Origin: a virus
Lineage: Duplodnaviria; Heunggongvirae; Uroviricota; Caudoviricetes
Strand: one strand, 5' to 3'
IMG/VR virus record: IMGVR_UViG_3300012933_000236
Coordinates: 1-64,000 of that record
Length of the DNA stretch: 64,000 bases
Positions 63,466 through 64,000 of the stretch are shown piece after piece. Every line of letters starts with the position of its first letter. The first letter of the stretch is position 1. Below the pieces are notes generated by a model. The model saw only the letters and a program-made list of their open reading frames with translations, was not told the DNA's origin and searched no databases. A program made the position numbers and the translations under genes.

Positions 63466-63948
63466 ATGCAAATTAGAATTAAATCAACAGGTGATGTTGT
63501 ATCAGAACAAAGTTTTCGTACTTTAAATTCCAATACTTCATTACCTGTGCAACTTACTGAAGAAGTCATCAATGCTCTTGGTGGCGATATAATCTTTGAA
63601 GGTCCACAGGCAACAGCAGATAATGCATATCAATATAGTCAGTACGCTGGTTTAGAAGAAGTTAATGGTAAGTGGTACACAAAATATGTACTTGGTCCAA
63701 TCTTTACTGATAATGATGACGCTACTGCTGCTGAACAAGAAGAAGCTTATAAATTAATTAAAGATAATGAACAAGCTAATTCTGTGCGTAGTACTCGTGG
63801 TCAAAAACTCAAGGATTGTGACTGGACTCAAGTAATTGATGCACCAGTAGATCAAGTATCTTGGGCTAAGTATCGTCAAGAACTTCGGGATTTGACAAGT
63901 CAGAAAGGTTTTCCTTGGAATATCGAATGGCCTGTACAACCGGAATAA
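63466..63948 (+). CDS. tail fibre assembly protein (Tfa-like chaperone)
   Basis: 160 aa. C-terminal LKDCDWTQVIDAPVDQVSWAKYRQELRDLTSQKGFPWNIEWPVQP matches the Tfa family pattern (DW...W..YRQ.LRD...WP). Confidence 0.65.
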   Translation: MQIRIKSTGDVVSEQSFRTLNSNTSLPVQLTEEVINALGGDIIFEGPQATADNAYQYSQYAGLEEVNGKWYTKYVLGPIFTDNDDATAAEQEEAYKLIKDNEQANSVRSTRGQKLKDCDWTQVIDAPVDQVSWAKYRQELRDLTSQKGFPWNIEWPVQPE

Positions 63949-64000
63949 TCAATATTAAACCTTGATTATTATCAATATCAATGATATAATAGTATCATTA

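Noticed and set aside
1-64000. Prophage boundaries, integrase or transposase
   Set aside because: No tyrosine or serine recombinase, transposase, or att-like flanking repeats were found. Gene content is continuous phage from edge to edge.

Overview
This window is a contiguous piece of an AT-rich tailed-phage genome, with no rRNA, integrase or transposase. It contains five modules.

(1) 219-12602, minus strand: a replication and nucleic-acid metabolism block. It has a family-A DNA polymerase with 3'-5' exonuclease motifs, a T7 gp4-like primase-helicase, an ATP-dependent DNA ligase, a DRB0094-like RNA ligase, an HNH homing endonuclease, an SPFH lipoprotein and a GC-rich repeat protein. A tRNA-Arg(TCT) and a disrupted tRNA-like element sit at the 5' edge of the window.

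(2) 12869-29072, plus strand: an early block of about 60 small genes driven by recurring extended -10 promoters (TGTGCTAYART). It encodes two CDA-fold deaminases (one a classical dCMP deaminase), ThyX, a P-loop kinase, a ligase-superfamily nucleotidyltransferase, a calcineurin-like phosphoesterase, an HU-like protein, a SleB-type cell-wall hydrolase with a signal anchor, and an HNH endonuclease.

(3) 29073-32690: a compositionally distinct, very AT-rich island that is mostly non-coding. It holds iterons and four perfect DnaA boxes (TTATCCACA), an alternating GC tract, and a cassette of four small genes, each preceded by related GATAAT/ATTATCGG inverted repeats.

(4) 32688-34484, minus strand: a ClpP-like protease and a PhoH-like ATPase. 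This is followed by TAGGTTATAACCTA palindromic half-site repeats, an HNH-like ORF, and a cluster of six tRNAs plus tRNA-like remnants (Thr, Glu, Asn, Pro, Trp, Tyr).

(5) 37216-63948, plus strand: a lambda-like siphovirus structural module. In order it carries TerS, TerL, portal, a GIY-YIG endonuclease, an unusual fibre-gene block inside the head module, an XkdF-like protease, scaffold, decoration protein, a gpE-like major capsid protein, neck proteins, major tail protein, a tail chaperone with an apparent +1 programmed frameshift (UUU-CGA), a 1845-aa tape measure, tail-tip and fibre proteins, and a fibre assembly protein.

The most interesting candidates are the origin-like DnaA-box/iteron region with the adjacent repeat-flanked small-gene cassette, the distributed RNA heal-and-seal toolkit, the paired deaminases, and the SPFH/repeat-protein module.
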